Virus record (IMG/VR): IMGVR_UViG_2695420523_000009
Location: 12,534 to 76,533 of that record
Source: a virus
Taxonomy: Duplodnaviria; Heunggongvirae; Uroviricota; Caudoviricetes
Reading direction: 5' to 3' (one strand)
Length of the DNA stretch: 64,000 nt
Shown here: piece after piece, positions 45,364 through 54,701 of the stretch
Layout of the letters: each line of letters opens with the position of its first letter
Numbering within the stretch: position 1 is the first letter of the stretch
Made by a program: the position numbers and the translations under genes
Notes under the pieces: generated by a model
The model's database searches: none
Told to the model about the DNA's origin: nothing
Seen by the model: the letters and a program-made list of their open reading frames with translations, nothing else

Positions 45364-45658
45364 AATGTCCGTTTTTAACCAAATGTACCCACAATACCGC
45401 AACATCAGTGTCTTGCGAATTAAGATAGGATTTATAGAGACTATGTGCAAGTGCATAACTTTGTGGATAACTCGTAAAGGAAAAAGTGGTTTCCGCGGAC
45501 ATTAGTTCAGACAAGGAGTCTGGGAAAGTCAATGGGAAGTAAAAATTTGTTAAAAATAACGTTTGTTGGAATTGTATATATTTATGCCTTTCAATAGTTA
45601 GCATCTTATTAACATCTTTTTTAAGAGATAGAGTTCAAAAATATATAGCTTCAACATA

Positions 45659-45678
45659 TACTGTATGCATATACAGTA
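45659..45678 (+). promoter_or_regulatory. LexA (SOS) box
   Basis: TACTGTATGCATATACAGTA matches the CTGT-N8-ACAG consensus; 17 bp upstream of the UmuD'-like start. Confidence 0.8.
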
Positions 45679-45694
45679 TTAAGAGGCGAGTATT

Positions 45695-46084
45695 ATGGGC
45701 TTCCCTTCTCCTGCGGCGGATTATGCTGAGAGCCGTATTTCTCTTGATCAGCAGATAATTAGACATCCTTCAGCGACCTACTTCATGAGGGCGGCTGATA
45801 GTCATCATCGTGAGGGAATATTGCAGGGTGCATTGCTGGTGGTCGATTCCTCACTGACTCCTGTTGATGGATCTCTTCTTGTATGTGCTCTGGATGGGGA
45901 ATATCGCGTAAAAAGATACCGGAAGTATCCACGTCAGCATCTGGAGGATTTAAGAACTGGTAAGAAGGAAGCATTGCCAAAGGATGATGATGGATGCACG
46001 GGCAGCAATGCCGTGTTTGGTGTGATCACTCACATTATCAACGACGCAAGAAGTGGCGAGTTTGATGATTGTCCTGTGATGTAG
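45695..46084 (+). CDS. UmuD'-like protein (S24 peptidase family; pre-processed UmuD analogue, HumD-like)
   Basis: Starts MGFPSPAADY, equivalent to UmuD just after its Cys24/Gly25 cleavage site; HPSATYF, DS (Ser) and VK (Lys) catalytic positions retained; RBS AAGAGG; SOS box upstream. Confidence 0.75.
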   Translation: MGFPSPAADYAESRISLDQQIIRHPSATYFMRAADSHHREGILQGALLVVDSSLTPVDGSLLVCALDGEYRVKRYRKYPRQHLEDLRTGKKEALPKDDDGCTGSNAVFGVITHIINDARSGEFDDCPVM

Positions 46085-46096
46085 GAGAACTGTTTA

Positions 46097-46121
46097 GGTG
46101 GTGCATTGCACCACCTTTTTA
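46097..46121 (+). terminator. rho-independent terminator
   Basis: GGTGGTGCATTGCACCACC hairpin followed by TTTTTA, abutting the mrp stop codon. Confidence 0.65.
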
Positions 46122-47222
46122 TCACACTGCGCGGAATGCGATTTCGCCAGGTATTACTTCACCTTGCCAATACATTTGGGCAGCAACGCGATCTGCGAGG
46201 TCACGATAAATAGCCGTAAATTCGCTATCTGGACGACTAATAACGGTTGGTGTTCCGTTATCCAGATCTTCACGAAGAGAGATATGAAGTGGCATTTGGC
46301 CTAACAACTGCGTGTTGTATTTCTCGGCCAGTTTCTGTGCGCCACCGGTGCCAAAAATTGGCTCGTGATGACCGCAGTTACTGCAAATATGCACACTCAT
46401 GTTTTCGACGATACCTAGTACCGGCACTTCGACTTTTTCGAACATCACAATGCCTTTCTTCGCATCGATCAGCGCGATGTCTTGCGGCGTAGTTACCACA
46501 ACCGCACCAGTTACAGGAATGTTCTGCGCCAGCGTCAACTGAATATCACCAGTGCCCGGCGGCATATCGAGAACGAGATAGTCCAGATCAGGCCATAGAG
46601 TTTCCTGCAACATCTGCATCAGCGCCTTGCTGGCCATCGGTCCACGCCACACCATTGCATTGTCGTCGGTGACCAGATAACCAATAGAGTTGGTTGCCAG
46701 GCCATGAGACATGATAGGTGCCATGTGAGTACCGTCAGGTGAGGTTGGACGTTGGTTTTCCGCGCCCAGCATGGTTGGAATTGATGGACCATAGATATCG
46801 GCATCCAAAATACCAACTTTCGCACCTTCAGCAGCCAAAGCCAGTGCCAAGTTTACTGCTGTGGACGATTTGCCTACACCGCCCTTGCCTGAGCTTACGG
46901 CGATAATATTCTTAACACCATTAATGCCTGGTTGGTTTTTGACGCGCTTAAGCGTGGCAATGTTGTACGACAGCTTCCAGTCAATAGCCTTTGCGCCAGT
47001 GATACGGAGCAGATCACCACTACATTGCTCTTTCAGGTCTTCAAAAGGCTTATTCCACACGAAAGGCATGATTAGTTCGACATGCAGTGTGTCATCCATC
47101 AACGCAACATGGTGTAACGCTTTAAGCGTAGTCAGGTTGTGTTTCAGGGTTGGGTGCTGAAAATTAGCCAGCGTACCGGCTACCATTGCTCTCAGGGCAT
47201 CCGGCGATTTGGACTCGCTCAT
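46122..47222 (-). CDS. mrp: Fe-S cluster carrier ATPase Mrp/ApbC
   Basis: Protein essentially identical to E. coli Mrp as recalled (GKGGVGKSSTAVNLALALA, CSNCGHHEPIFG); RBS AAGGAG. Confidence 0.95.
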   Translation of the reverse strand: MSESKSPDALRAMVAGTLANFQHPTLKHNLTTLKALHHVALMDDTLHVELIMPFVWNKPFEDLKEQCSGDLLRITGAKAIDWKLSYNIATLKRVKNQPGINGVKNIIAVSSGKGGVGKSSTAVNLALALAAEGAKVGILDADIYGPSIPTMLGAENQRPTSPDGTHMAPIMSHGLATNSIGYLVTDDNAMVWRGPMASKALMQMLQETLWPDLDYLVLDMPPGTGDIQLTLAQNIPVTGAVVVTTPQDIALIDAKKGIVMFEKVEVPVLGIVENMSVHICSNCGHHEPIFGTGGAQKLAEKYNTQLLGQMPLHISLREDLDNGTPTVISRPDSEFTAIYRDLADRVAAQMYWQGEVIPGEIAFRAV

Positions 47223-47379
47223 CCCGTCTCCTTTATTTTAATTTGCGCAATTGTCGCCTTGTAGTGTACTCCAGCTGCGACATTTAATCATTTATGAGAA
47301 ATGCTGTTATCACATGGCAGACATAAGGCCATTTTGTTACTATCAAGCCCCTTTTCACTACAAAGAAGTAATGCCTACT

Positions 47380-49413
47380 ATGACCCAAGTCGCGAAGAAA
47401 ATTCTGGTGACGTGCGCGCTGCCGTACGCTAACGGCTCAATCCACCTCGGCCATATGCTGGAGCACATCCAGGCTGATGTCTGGGTTCGTTACCAGCGAA
47501 TGCGCGGCCACGAGGTTAATTTCATCTGTGCCGACGATGCCCACGGTACGCCGATCATGCTGAAAGCACAGCAACTTGGTATCACACCGGAGCAGATGAT
47601 TGGCGAAATGAGTCAGGAACACCAGACTGATTTCGCAGGCTTTAACATCAGCTATGACAACTATCACTCGACGCACAGCGAAGAGAACCGTCAGTTGTCT
47701 GAGCTTATCTATACTCGCCTGAAAGAGAACGGTTTTATTAAAAATCGCACTATCTCTCAGTTGTACGACCCGGAAAAAGGCATGTTCCTGCCGGATCGTT
47801 TTGTGAAAGGCACCTGCCCGAAATGTAAAGCGCCAGATCAATACGGCGATAACTGTGAAGTTTGCGGCGCGACCTACAGCCCGACTGAACTGATCGAGCC
47901 GAAATCGGTGGTTTCTGGTGCTACCCCGGTAATGCGTGATTCTGAACACTTCTTCTTTGATCTGCCCTCTTTCAGCGAAATGTTGCAGGCATGGACCCGC
48001 AGCGGTGCGTTGCAGGAGCAGGTGGCAAACAAAATGCAGGAGTGGTTTGAATCTGGTCTGCAACAGTGGGATATCTCCCGCGACGCACCTTACTTCGGTT
48101 TTGAAATTCCGAACGCGCCGGGCAAATATTTCTACGTCTGGCTGGACGCACCGATTGGCTACATGGGTTCCTTCAAGAATCTGTGCGACAAACGCGGCGA
48201 CACTACCAGCTTCGACGAATACTGGAAGAAAGACTCCACCGCCGAGCTGTACCACTTCATCGGTAAAGATATCGTTTACTTCCACAGCCTGTTCTGGCCT
48301 GCCATGCTGGAAGGCAGCAACTTCCGCAAGCCGACCAACCTGTTTGTTCATGGCTATGTGACGGTGAACGGCGCGAAGATGTCTAAGTCTCGCGGTACCT
48401 TTATTAAAGCCAGCACCTGGCTGAATCATTTTGACGCTGACAGCCTGCGTTACTACTACACTGCGAAACTCTCTTCGCGCATTGATGATATCGATCTCAA
48501 CCTGGAGGATTTCGTTCAGCGCGTGAATGCCGATATCGTGAACAAAGTGGTGAATCTGGCGTCCCGTAACGCGGGCTTTATCAATAAGCGTTTTGACGGT
48601 GTGCTGGCAGGCGAACTGGCTGACCCGCAACTGTACAAAACCTTTACTGATGCCGCTGAAGTGATTGGTGAAGCATGGGAAAGCCGCGAATTTGGTAAAG
48701 CGATTCGTGAAATCATGGCGCTGGCTGATCTGGCTAACCGCTATGTCGATGAACAGGCTCCGTGGGTGGTGGCGAAGCAGGAAGGACGCGATGCCGATCT
48801 GCAGGCGATTTGCTCTATGGGCATTAACCTGTTCCGCGTGCTGATGACGTACCTGAAACCGGTACTGCCGAAACTGACTGAACGTGCAGAAGCATTCCTG
48901 AATACAGAACTGACCTGGGATGGTATCCAGCAACCGCTGCTGGGCCATAAAGTGAATCCGTTCAAGGCACTGTATAACCGTATCGATATGAAACAGGTGG
49001 AAGCACTGGTGGAAGCATCCAAAGAAGAAGTGAAAGCCACAGCTGCACCGGTAACTGGCCCACTGGCTGACGACCCGATTCAGGAAACCATCACCTTTGA
49101 CGACTTCGCCAAAGTTGACCTGCGTGTGGCGCTGATTGAAAACGCGGAGTTTGTCGAAGGTTCTGACAAACTGCTGCGCCTGACGCTGGATCTCGGTGGT
49201 GAAAAGCGTAATGTCTTCTCAGGCATCCGTTCCGCTTATCCAGATCCACAGGCACTGATTGGTCGTCACACCATTATGGTGGCTAACCTGGCTCCGCGTA
49301 AAATGCGCTTCGGTATCTCTGAAGGCATGGTGATGGCTGCTGGCCCCGGCGGGAAAGATATCTTCCTGTTAAGCCCGGATGCCGGTGCTAAACCAGGCCA
49401 TCAGGTTAAGTAA
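47380..49413 (+). CDS. metG: methionyl-tRNA synthetase
   Basis: From [26 protein letters not shown] (HIGH motif) through KMSKS and the C-terminal tRNA-binding domain, collinear and near-identical to E. coli MetG (677 aa); start set to the internal ATG 47380. Confidence 0.97.
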   Translation: MTQVAKKILVTCALPYANGSIHLGHMLEHIQADVWVRYQRMRGHEVNFICADDAHGTPIMLKAQQLGITPEQMIGEMSQEHQTDFAGFNISYDNYHSTHSEENRQLSELIYTRLKENGFIKNRTISQLYDPEKGMFLPDRFVKGTCPKCKAPDQYGDNCEVCGATYSPTELIEPKSVVSGATPVMRDSEHFFFDLPSFSEMLQAWTRSGALQEQVANKMQEWFESGLQQWDISRDAPYFGFEIPNAPGKYFYVWLDAPIGYMGSFKNLCDKRGDTTSFDEYWKKDSTAELYHFIGKDIVYFHSLFWPAMLEGSNFRKPTNLFVHGYVTVNGAKMSKSRGTFIKASTWLNHFDADSLRYYYTAKLSSRIDDIDLNLEDFVQRVNADIVNKVVNLASRNAGFINKRFDGVLAGELADPQLYKTFTDAAEVIGEAWESREFGKAIREIMALADLANRYVDEQAPWVVAKQEGRDADLQAICSMGINLFRVLMTYLKPVLPKLTERAEAFLNTELTWDGIQQPLLGHKVNPFKALYNRIDMKQVEALVEASKEEVKATAAPVTGPLADDPIQETITFDDFAKVDLRVALIENAEFVEGSDKLLRLTLDLGGEKRNVFSGIRSAYPDPQALIGRHTIMVANLAPRKMRFGISEGMVMAAGPGGKDIFLLSPDAGAKPGHQVK

Positions 49414-49432
49414 TTAAACAACCTCTCTTCGC

Positions 49433-49461
49433 AATGCCCGGCAACACGCTGGGCATTTTCA
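49433..49461 (+). terminator. rho-independent terminator (metG)
   Basis: AATGCCC ... GGGCATT stem followed by TTTC. Confidence 0.6.
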
Positions 49462-49496
49462 TATAGACACAATCCCTCCTGATTTACACAAGCCCT

Positions 49497-49512
49497 AAAA
49501 CAATTTGTTTTC
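49497..49512. promoter_or_regulatory. AAAACAA-N-TTGTTTTC palindromic motif (copy 1)
   Basis: AAAACAATTTGTTTTC, near-perfect palindrome. Confidence 0.5.
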
Positions 49513-49546
49513 TACCTTTTGTTGATTGAGATAATAAGCCACATAA

Positions 49547-49563
49547 GAAAACAAATTGTTTTG
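49547..49563. promoter_or_regulatory. GAAAACAA-N-TTGTTTT palindromic motif (copy 2)
   Basis: GAAAACAAATTGTTTTG, 12 bp upstream of the ATG at 49575. Confidence 0.5.
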
Positions 49564-49574
49564 GAGTGGTTGAA

Positions 49575-49874
49575 ATGTTGAACATTACCCAAGCCTACCA
49601 GGTGGCATTGATCAGTTCATCTCATACATCAGAGGAAGATGCTCGCCGATTCATGATCGCAAGCAATGAGCTGGATTGGGTTTCACAAATTGACGGCGGT
49701 TGTATTGTCCACGCCGGGTTACAGGATGATGTCTGGAAAGAGGACTTGCGTCGATATGGTATATCCGAAGGCGCGATTGCTAACATTCAGAAAGTACTTG
49801 ATGTAGGCTTTGACTCTGTACATTTTGATTGTGGTGCACCGGTCGTTGAAGGGCTAGAGTGCTGGCAATGGTAA
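49575..49874 (+). CDS. hypothetical protein
   Basis: 99 aa from ATG 49575 (RBS GGAGTGG); ORF-track start 49566 is a GTG inside the RBS. Confidence 0.5.
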   Translation: MLNITQAYQVALISSSHTSEEDARRFMIASNELDWVSQIDGGCIVHAGLQDDVWKEDLRRYGISEGAIANIQKVLDVGFDSVHFDCGAPVVEGLECWQW

Positions 49875-49910
49875 TCCGGCAATCGCTTCATACTAGACAA
49901 CGGAGAATTT

Positions 49911-50096
49911 ATGCTTAAAGAAGACTCATATCTACTAAAGGCGCTTGAAATGCGTGGCGTTGAACCTACAGTGAAAAACGCTCACGATATCTACCTTCAG
50001 TTTTCACCGGAGCTGAAACGGTTCATAAATCAATACGGGGTTAATGACTCAAGTGTTAAAGCAATGATAGATGATGAATTAGACCATCTCATCTAA
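49911..50096 (+). CDS. hypothetical protein
   Basis: 61 aa, RBS GGAG. Confidence 0.4.
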   Translation: MLKEDSYLLKALEMRGVEPTVKNAHDIYLQFSPELKRFINQYGVNDSSVKAMIDDELDHLI

Positions 50097-50248
50097 TCGT
50101 TTCCTATGATAATGGTTTTCACTTTGAGATTGTTATTTTTCATAGCTAAAGCTGATGTTTGTGGAAGGTGAATTGATAAACGGATGCGTATTTAGGTTAT
50201 ACAAGTGAGAAAATTGATAATATATAAACGCGATTTTTATGTGATGGA

Positions 50249-50818
50249 ATGGATGTGATGGAAACCCAGAACCAACAAACAAAACCTCTGAATAACATTT
50301 ATGCGTGGATTCTAGCGTTCATGCCTTTCTTCTTTGGAGTATCGCCGGAAGAGTATACCAATTACGCTATTATAATTGGGGGTGTAACTACCATCGGTTT
50401 GTTAGTAGCTGACAGAATGGCTCTATCGGAGTCTGGCTGTGAACCACCTTCAATTCTATGGGGGGTATTCCTCCTGCCTGTCTATCTCTGGAAGCGCGCG
50501 ACTATTACAAAAGGCAGCAGAGTGCCATTTATCATAATCGTTGCGTCGCTGGCTTGGATTATCTTCATCGGCATCCCACACAAGGACGAGGTTGCTCTTG
50601 AAGAAGCAGCCTGCCCTCTCGTGACAACTATTCTGAAAGAGAATAACGGTTCGACTGCACCAAAATGTATGAAGGTGACAATAGAGGACAAGGTGACGGA
50701 TAAGTTCTATAGAGCAACGGCTACACTAGACAATGGTAATGACATTAACATTACTCTGGAACTTACCGGCGACAGGAACTTCTACGTCCGTGTTCCAAAT
50801 GTTTATCTGAACAACTAA
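50249..50818 (+). CDS. hypothetical membrane protein
   Basis: 189 aa with 3-4 hydrophobic segments; preceded by an AT-rich spacer. Confidence 0.5.
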   Translation: MDVMETQNQQTKPLNNIYAWILAFMPFFFGVSPEEYTNYAIIIGGVTTIGLLVADRMALSESGCEPPSILWGVFLLPVYLWKRATITKGSRVPFIIIVASLAWIIFIGIPHKDEVALEEAACPLVTTILKENNGSTAPKCMKVTIEDKVTDKFYRATATLDNGNDINITLELTGDRNFYVRVPNVYLNN

Positions 50819-50939
50819 CGGTTGCAACTCATTGATAATGGCGGTCACAATTTGATTCTTTTCTATAAGAATCCGTTGATCGCCACTACTCCCTTTCCAT
50901 ACCCGCAATCACATCCTTAAATATCAATAAGTTATAGTT

Positions 50940-51700
50940 TTTATACAATCAAGAAAACAACTGAATAACAGATCAACGAAACATCAACGCTTTCACCCGA
51001 TTTGGTCTAAAAAATTGACGTTTTCACACATCACTTCTTATACCCGTAATTCTACGCAGCAGACAGCGCCACAGCGTCCAATTTTCACCACAGACGACCC
51101 AACACACTACCAACAAAAACACACGCTCAAAATCGCTCCCGTTGCGTTACACAACCATATAAACAACTTATTTTCAGGCATAACAAAACAACTAAATAAC
51201 ACACATGCCATTCCCAAAAACAACCAACCTCTTTATGGCAGGCTACCGAAAAGACCCACCTCTTCTCCCCAGGCTACCGGACAGCCAACCTAACTTTCAC
51301 AGGCAATCCGAAAACATTCATACGCGCAATACCCACGACACGCCATTACCCAAACAGCGAAGAAACACCAGAATCACTGAAACCCCAACGAAGCCTGTAA
51401 CCACAAGGATTCTCTCAATCCCAAAAGACACGAAACATAACAATCACGGGAAACGCCATTACCCAATACACGAATAACTACAAAAGCCCTTCACGCACTC
51501 CAGACAAACAACTCAAACACAACAACGAAAGGAATCGCCCACCTGCCATTACTCCATACATGGAGAAGAACAATCACCAAAACGACGAGAACACCCCATA
51601 GAAGAACCACCGCAAAACGAACGAAACCACATACACCGACAGAGAAACAACACACCCAATTCACCAACAGAAATAGTCGCCGTATAGAACATTCTGGAAG
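50940..51700 (+). other. A+C-rich, G/T-poor non-coding tract (strand-asymmetric)
   Basis: Top strand dominated by A and C with few G (e.g. CAACACACTACCAACAAAAACACACGC); the ORFs called here are composition artefacts with no RBS. Confidence 0.6.
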
Positions 51701-51875
51701 GAGTGAGCATTAACGCCTATAGAGAGGTTGAGACAGAAAAACACAACATGTATAGCGAAGAAGCCAGGTATGTATAAGTGGGGAGGGAAGGAGGGGTGTC
51801 GCCTCCTTTTTCGTATTTATTCAACTCCTGATTTTATCCCCCCGTAACACCCCTACGGTCAGTCTTCGGTCCATA

Positions 51876-52009
51876 CAGGGAAAAGGTTGCATCCCGCTAC
51901 AGAAACGGCTGGGTTGCCTTCGGGGAACGGCTGGGGATTTTCAGGGAAACGGTCGAGTTGCCTGTGTGGATTTCGGGAAAAGGCTCGATGCCGGTTCAGG
52001 AACGGCGGC
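51876..52009. repeat. direct-repeat array, GGGAAACGG family, about 22-bp periodicity (array 1)
   Basis: Six copies (CAGGGAAAAGG, CAGAAACGGCTGG, CGGGGAACGGCTGG, CAGGGAAACGG, TCGGGAAAAGG, CAGGAACGG) at 21-22 bp spacing (one 31 bp); TGTGGAT DnaA-box-like core at about 51965. Confidence 0.6.
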
Positions 52010-52343
52010 GTACCGGTATAGCGAGAGGGAGAGTTGCGGCTACCCACCTGTAATGTGCGGGAAGAAGAGAGGCGCTCACGTGCAGGCGAACTTACTTACC
52101 GCTGGATTCCCTCTGAATGCCCAACTACAGCGTAATTGTGCCAGACAGCCAGCGGGTCACAATCGATTTCAGTAGGTTTTCGGGGAGAGGATTATTCTGC
52201 CTACCAGCCACTTTCGGCCACTAAATCAGAATAATGTAAAAAGTGTACTCGGTACTGAACCTGAAAACTCACTGCCAAAACCACATTCACCGGAATAAAA
52301 TCCTTTTCCGCCTTTGTCTTATTGCGATAATAACACCAACAAG

Positions 52344-52359
52344 TAAACAACATGTTTAG
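52344..52359. promoter_or_regulatory. AAACAA-N-TGTTTA palindromic motif
   Basis: TAAACAACATGTTTAG, upstream of the ATG at 52390. Confidence 0.45.
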
Positions 52360-52389
52360 ACGTTATATAAACGAAGTGAGGATGAAGAG

Positions 52390-52608
52390 ATGATTAAGAT
52401 GCCTGTGACGGTTGAGGTGTGGGGCGTGGATTCCCTGGCTGAGTGTCTGGATGCAGTGGGGCCGGAGTTGTACCGCAAGTTGTGGTCGTTCGTCCCGGCA
52501 GAAGGGGAATCGCCCAAAGGGAAGGATATCTGGCACCTGCTGAGTGAAGATGAAAAGCGAGAGCTGGTGGACGCGGTACACAGCGAGTTCCCGGGCGACG
52601 AAGATTAA
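52390..52608 (+). CDS. hypothetical protein
   Basis: 72 aa, RBS GAGGATGAAGAG. Confidence 0.5.
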   Translation: MIKMPVTVEVWGVDSLAECLDAVGPELYRKLWSFVPAEGESPKGKDIWHLLSEDEKRELVDAVHSEFPGDED

Positions 52609-52617
52609 GAGTGAGGC

Positions 52618-52640
52618 CACCAGCACGGTGGCTTTTGTCG
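52618..52640 (+). terminator. rho-independent terminator
   Basis: GCCACCAGCACGGTGGC hairpin followed by TTTTGT. Confidence 0.7.
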
Positions 52641-52682
52641 CTATTAACCTCCGGGCAGCGCAGCACCGTAACGATATACTTT

Positions 52683-52740
52683 GTGGCCGTTTTCTTACTG
52701 GTATTATTTACGCAATTCAGAAAACAACATGTTTAAGGAT
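52683..52740. repeat. about 57-bp promoter-region cassette, copy 1 of 2
   Basis: GTGGCCGTTTTCTTACTGGTATTATTTACGCAATTCAGAAAACAACATGTTTAAGGA; near-identical copy at 53167..53222. Confidence 0.7.
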
Positions 52741-52746
52741 TGCGTT

Positions 52747-53076
52747 ATGTTTGCAAATATCGACATCAACCAAATCAAGAAAATGACTCAAAAAGAGTTT
52801 GACCAGTTTTATGAGTTAGAAGGTTGGTCTTCCACGCTGATCAATTCGCGCTGGGTGCTTGAGCTGATGACTCGTGATGATGCTCCTGCTTTGATTATTT
52901 GCGACCTGGGTGAAGATGCTGACTTTATGGATATGAGCGAATTTTGTGTGGACACATACAACCGCAGCCAGAAGTACTACTTCACATGCGATAGCGAGAA
53001 TGACGTTATTTCTAAGGTCTATCTTCACCTCGTCCAGCATTGGGACGTTCAGGAGTTTCTTGAAGTATTCGAGTAA
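52747..53076 (+). CDS. hypothetical protein
   Basis: 109 aa from ATG 52747 (RBS AAGGA 8 nt upstream). Confidence 0.5.
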   Translation: MFANIDINQIKKMTQKEFDQFYELEGWSSTLINSRWVLELMTRDDAPALIICDLGEDADFMDMSEFCVDTYNRSQKYYFTCDSENDVISKVYLHLVQHWDVQEFLEVFE

Positions 53077-53086
53077 CCCCAACCAA

Positions 53087-53110
53087 AGCCAGCAATGCTG
53101 GCTTAATTTC
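53087..53110 (+). terminator. rho-independent terminator
   Basis: AGCCAGCAATGCTGGCT palindrome followed by TAATTT. Confidence 0.6.
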
Positions 53111-53166
53111 TCTATAGCCGCAGGGAAGAACCTGCATATCGCTCATGCACCTGATCAATATGCTTT

Positions 53167-53222
53167 GTAGCCGTTTTCTTACTGGTATTATTTACGCCAT
53201 TGAGAAAACAAGTTGTTTACGG
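53167..53222. repeat. about 57-bp promoter-region cassette, copy 2 of 2
   Basis: GTAGCCGTTTTCTTACTGGTATTATTTACGCCATTGAGAAAACAAGTTGTTTACGGA. Confidence 0.7.
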
Positions 53223-53229
53223 AGTTGTA

Positions 53230-53541
53230 ATGAAAAAATCATTGGTTCTTGGTCTGGACAAAGACCAGAAGAGAAAAGAGAAGCCTGCGCTGGTTGCTCA
53301 ATTAACTTTGCTGGACATCGTTGCCAATGGGACCTCTATTCGTCTGTTCCGTGAAACAGCGGTGTCTTTCGATAAAAACACCTTTACTCGTTATGTAATG
53401 AATGTTCGTCGCCAGCGTGGAAAAGGCTGGGTGGCATTTCAAAGAATGTGGCCGGAACATCAGCTCGAACTGGCTTTGATGGAAGTTAACCGCGTGGCCC
53501 AGCAAGAGATTCAGAGAGCATCAGTGATGGCAATAGCCTGA
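53230..53541 (+). CDS. hypothetical protein
   Basis: 103 aa from ATG 53230 (RBS ACGGAG). Confidence 0.5.
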   Translation: MKKSLVLGLDKDQKRKEKPALVAQLTLLDIVANGTSIRLFRETAVSFDKNTFTRYVMNVRRQRGKGWVAFQRMWPEHQLELALMEVNRVAQQEIQRASVMAIA

Positions 53542-53575
53542 TAATGTGCAAGTGGCAATTAGTCGACAGTACGAC

Positions 53576-53604
53576 AGCCCCGCCATCCTTACGGGGCTTT
53601 TTTG
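53576..53604 (+). terminator. rho-independent terminator
   Basis: AGCCCCG ... CGGGGCT stem followed by TTTTTTG. Confidence 0.75.
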
Positions 53605-53608
53605 TATT

Positions 53609-53624
53609 GTAAGTACATACTTAC
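53609..53624. promoter_or_regulatory. palindrome GTAAGTA-ca-TACTTAC
   Basis: Perfect 7-bp inverted arms, 2-bp spacer; same architecture as 15953..15968. Confidence 0.45.
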
Positions 53625-53667
53625 GATCATAGAATATAAAAATAATCAAAACACTACGGAGAGTGAA

Positions 53668-54063
53668 ATGACCGTTAAACGCGAAAAACTGACAGTTGAT
53701 GTTTACTATGCCTCTGAAACCGCCGAAGGTAAGAATGTGGCAAAAATTACCGTTGTTACGTACAACACCGAAACTGGTGCCGAAGTCCAGGCCAGTACGA
53801 TCGTGCGTAAAGGTGATGCCTCCGGCGGCGAGTACGCGACTCAATACCAGTCCATTCTCGATGCAACTGACCCGCTGCTGCTGAAAATCGAGAACTACTT
53901 CCGCCAGGTTGATGAAGAGGTGTTTGAAACCATGATGAATATGGTTAACACCGTATTCGCCTCCAGCCTGAATACCAACACTACCTGGATTGGTCAGTAC
54001 GGCCTGCGCATTACCTCTGGCATTCCTGCCGACACCTTAATCCCTGAAAGCGTATTCGCTTAA
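53668..54063 (+). CDS. hypothetical protein
   Basis: 131 aa from ATG 53668 (RBS GGAGAG). Confidence 0.5.
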   Translation: MTVKREKLTVDVYYASETAEGKNVAKITVVTYNTETGAEVQASTIVRKGDASGGEYATQYQSILDATDPLLLKIENYFRQVDEEVFETMMNMVNTVFASSLNTNTTWIGQYGLRITSGIPADTLIPESVFA

Positions 54064-54072
54064 TCCTCTTTA

Positions 54073-54100
54073 AATGGCGCGTAAACCGCGCCATTTTATT
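54073..54100 (+). terminator. rho-independent terminator
   Basis: AATGGCGCG-taaac-CGCGCCATT followed by TTATT. Confidence 0.7.
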
Positions 54101-54107
54101 AAGCCCG

Positions 54108-54123
54108 ATAACAATTTGTTTTC
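54108..54123. promoter_or_regulatory. AACAA-N-TTGTTTTC palindromic motif
   Basis: ATAACAATTTGTTTTC. Confidence 0.5.
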
Positions 54124-54180
54124 TGCCTTATCTGATTTGTGAAAATGATTTCACTGAAGCAACTTAATAAGGAAACCATC

Positions 54181-54555
54181 ATGGGACTTGATATCTATAT
54201 CGAGACACAGCCTAAAAACGATCTGAATAACGAGGCATCCAGAAAGCAGGTTGCTTACTTCCGTAAGTTCAATGCGCTCGTTGGGTGGATGGAGCGCAAC
54301 GTAGGTGAAGTCGAAAATTGTGAGCTTTTAGAATTAACGATGAATGACATTTGTTTTCTGAAGGCTCATTTGATGCACATAAACGAAAGTAATTGCGAAG
54401 AGTACTTGCCTACCCGGGAAGGTTTTTTCTTCGGCAGTCAGGAGTACGATGAAGGTTACTGGCATGATGTGGGGCAGTTGAAAGAGCTTGTGGAAGACCT
54501 GATTAAGAACCACGACTTTCACAATAACAGACTGACCTTCTGCGCCTGGTGGTAA
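54181..54555 (+). CDS. hypothetical protein
   Basis: 124 aa from ATG 54181 (RBS AAGGAAACC). Confidence 0.5.
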   Translation: MGLDIYIETQPKNDLNNEASRKQVAYFRKFNALVGWMERNVGEVENCELLELTMNDICFLKAHLMHINESNCEEYLPTREGFFFGSQEYDEGYWHDVGQLKELVEDLIKNHDFHNNRLTFCAWW

Positions 54556-54557
54556 AT

Positions 54558-54701
54558 ATGGGCGATTTCAAGAAACGCCTGAAGGAAAGAGCCGAGATGG
54601 TCAGAAAGCAAAACGCCTCTTCTGTCATCAGATACGCAAGGCAGTTTAGTCGCAACAACAAATCAGTTGAGGAAAAGATCCTTAGCGTAATCGTGCGATA
54701 A
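54558..54701 (+). CDS. hypothetical small basic protein
   Basis: 47 aa ORF (below ORF-track cutoff) starting 2 nt after the upstream stop. Confidence 0.3.
   Translation: MGDFKKRLKERAEMVRKQNASSVIRYARQFSRNNKSVEEKILSVIVR

Noticed and set aside
45362-45604. 80-aa minus-strand ORF upstream of the UmuD'-like gene
   Set aside because: AT-rich promoter-like DNA containing the bidirectional terminator; no RBS; implausible translation.
47437-48948. 503-aa antisense ORF inside metG
   Set aside because: Lies entirely within, and opposite to, a gene collinear with E. coli MetG; Arg/His-rich translation typical of antisense frames.
51015-51477. ORFs 51015..51293 and 51205..51477 (+) inside the A/C-rich tract
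   Set aside because: Open frames arise because the strand has almost no T/G to form stop codons; translations are low complexity, there is no RBS, and the first is called from a TTG. Treated as non-coding.
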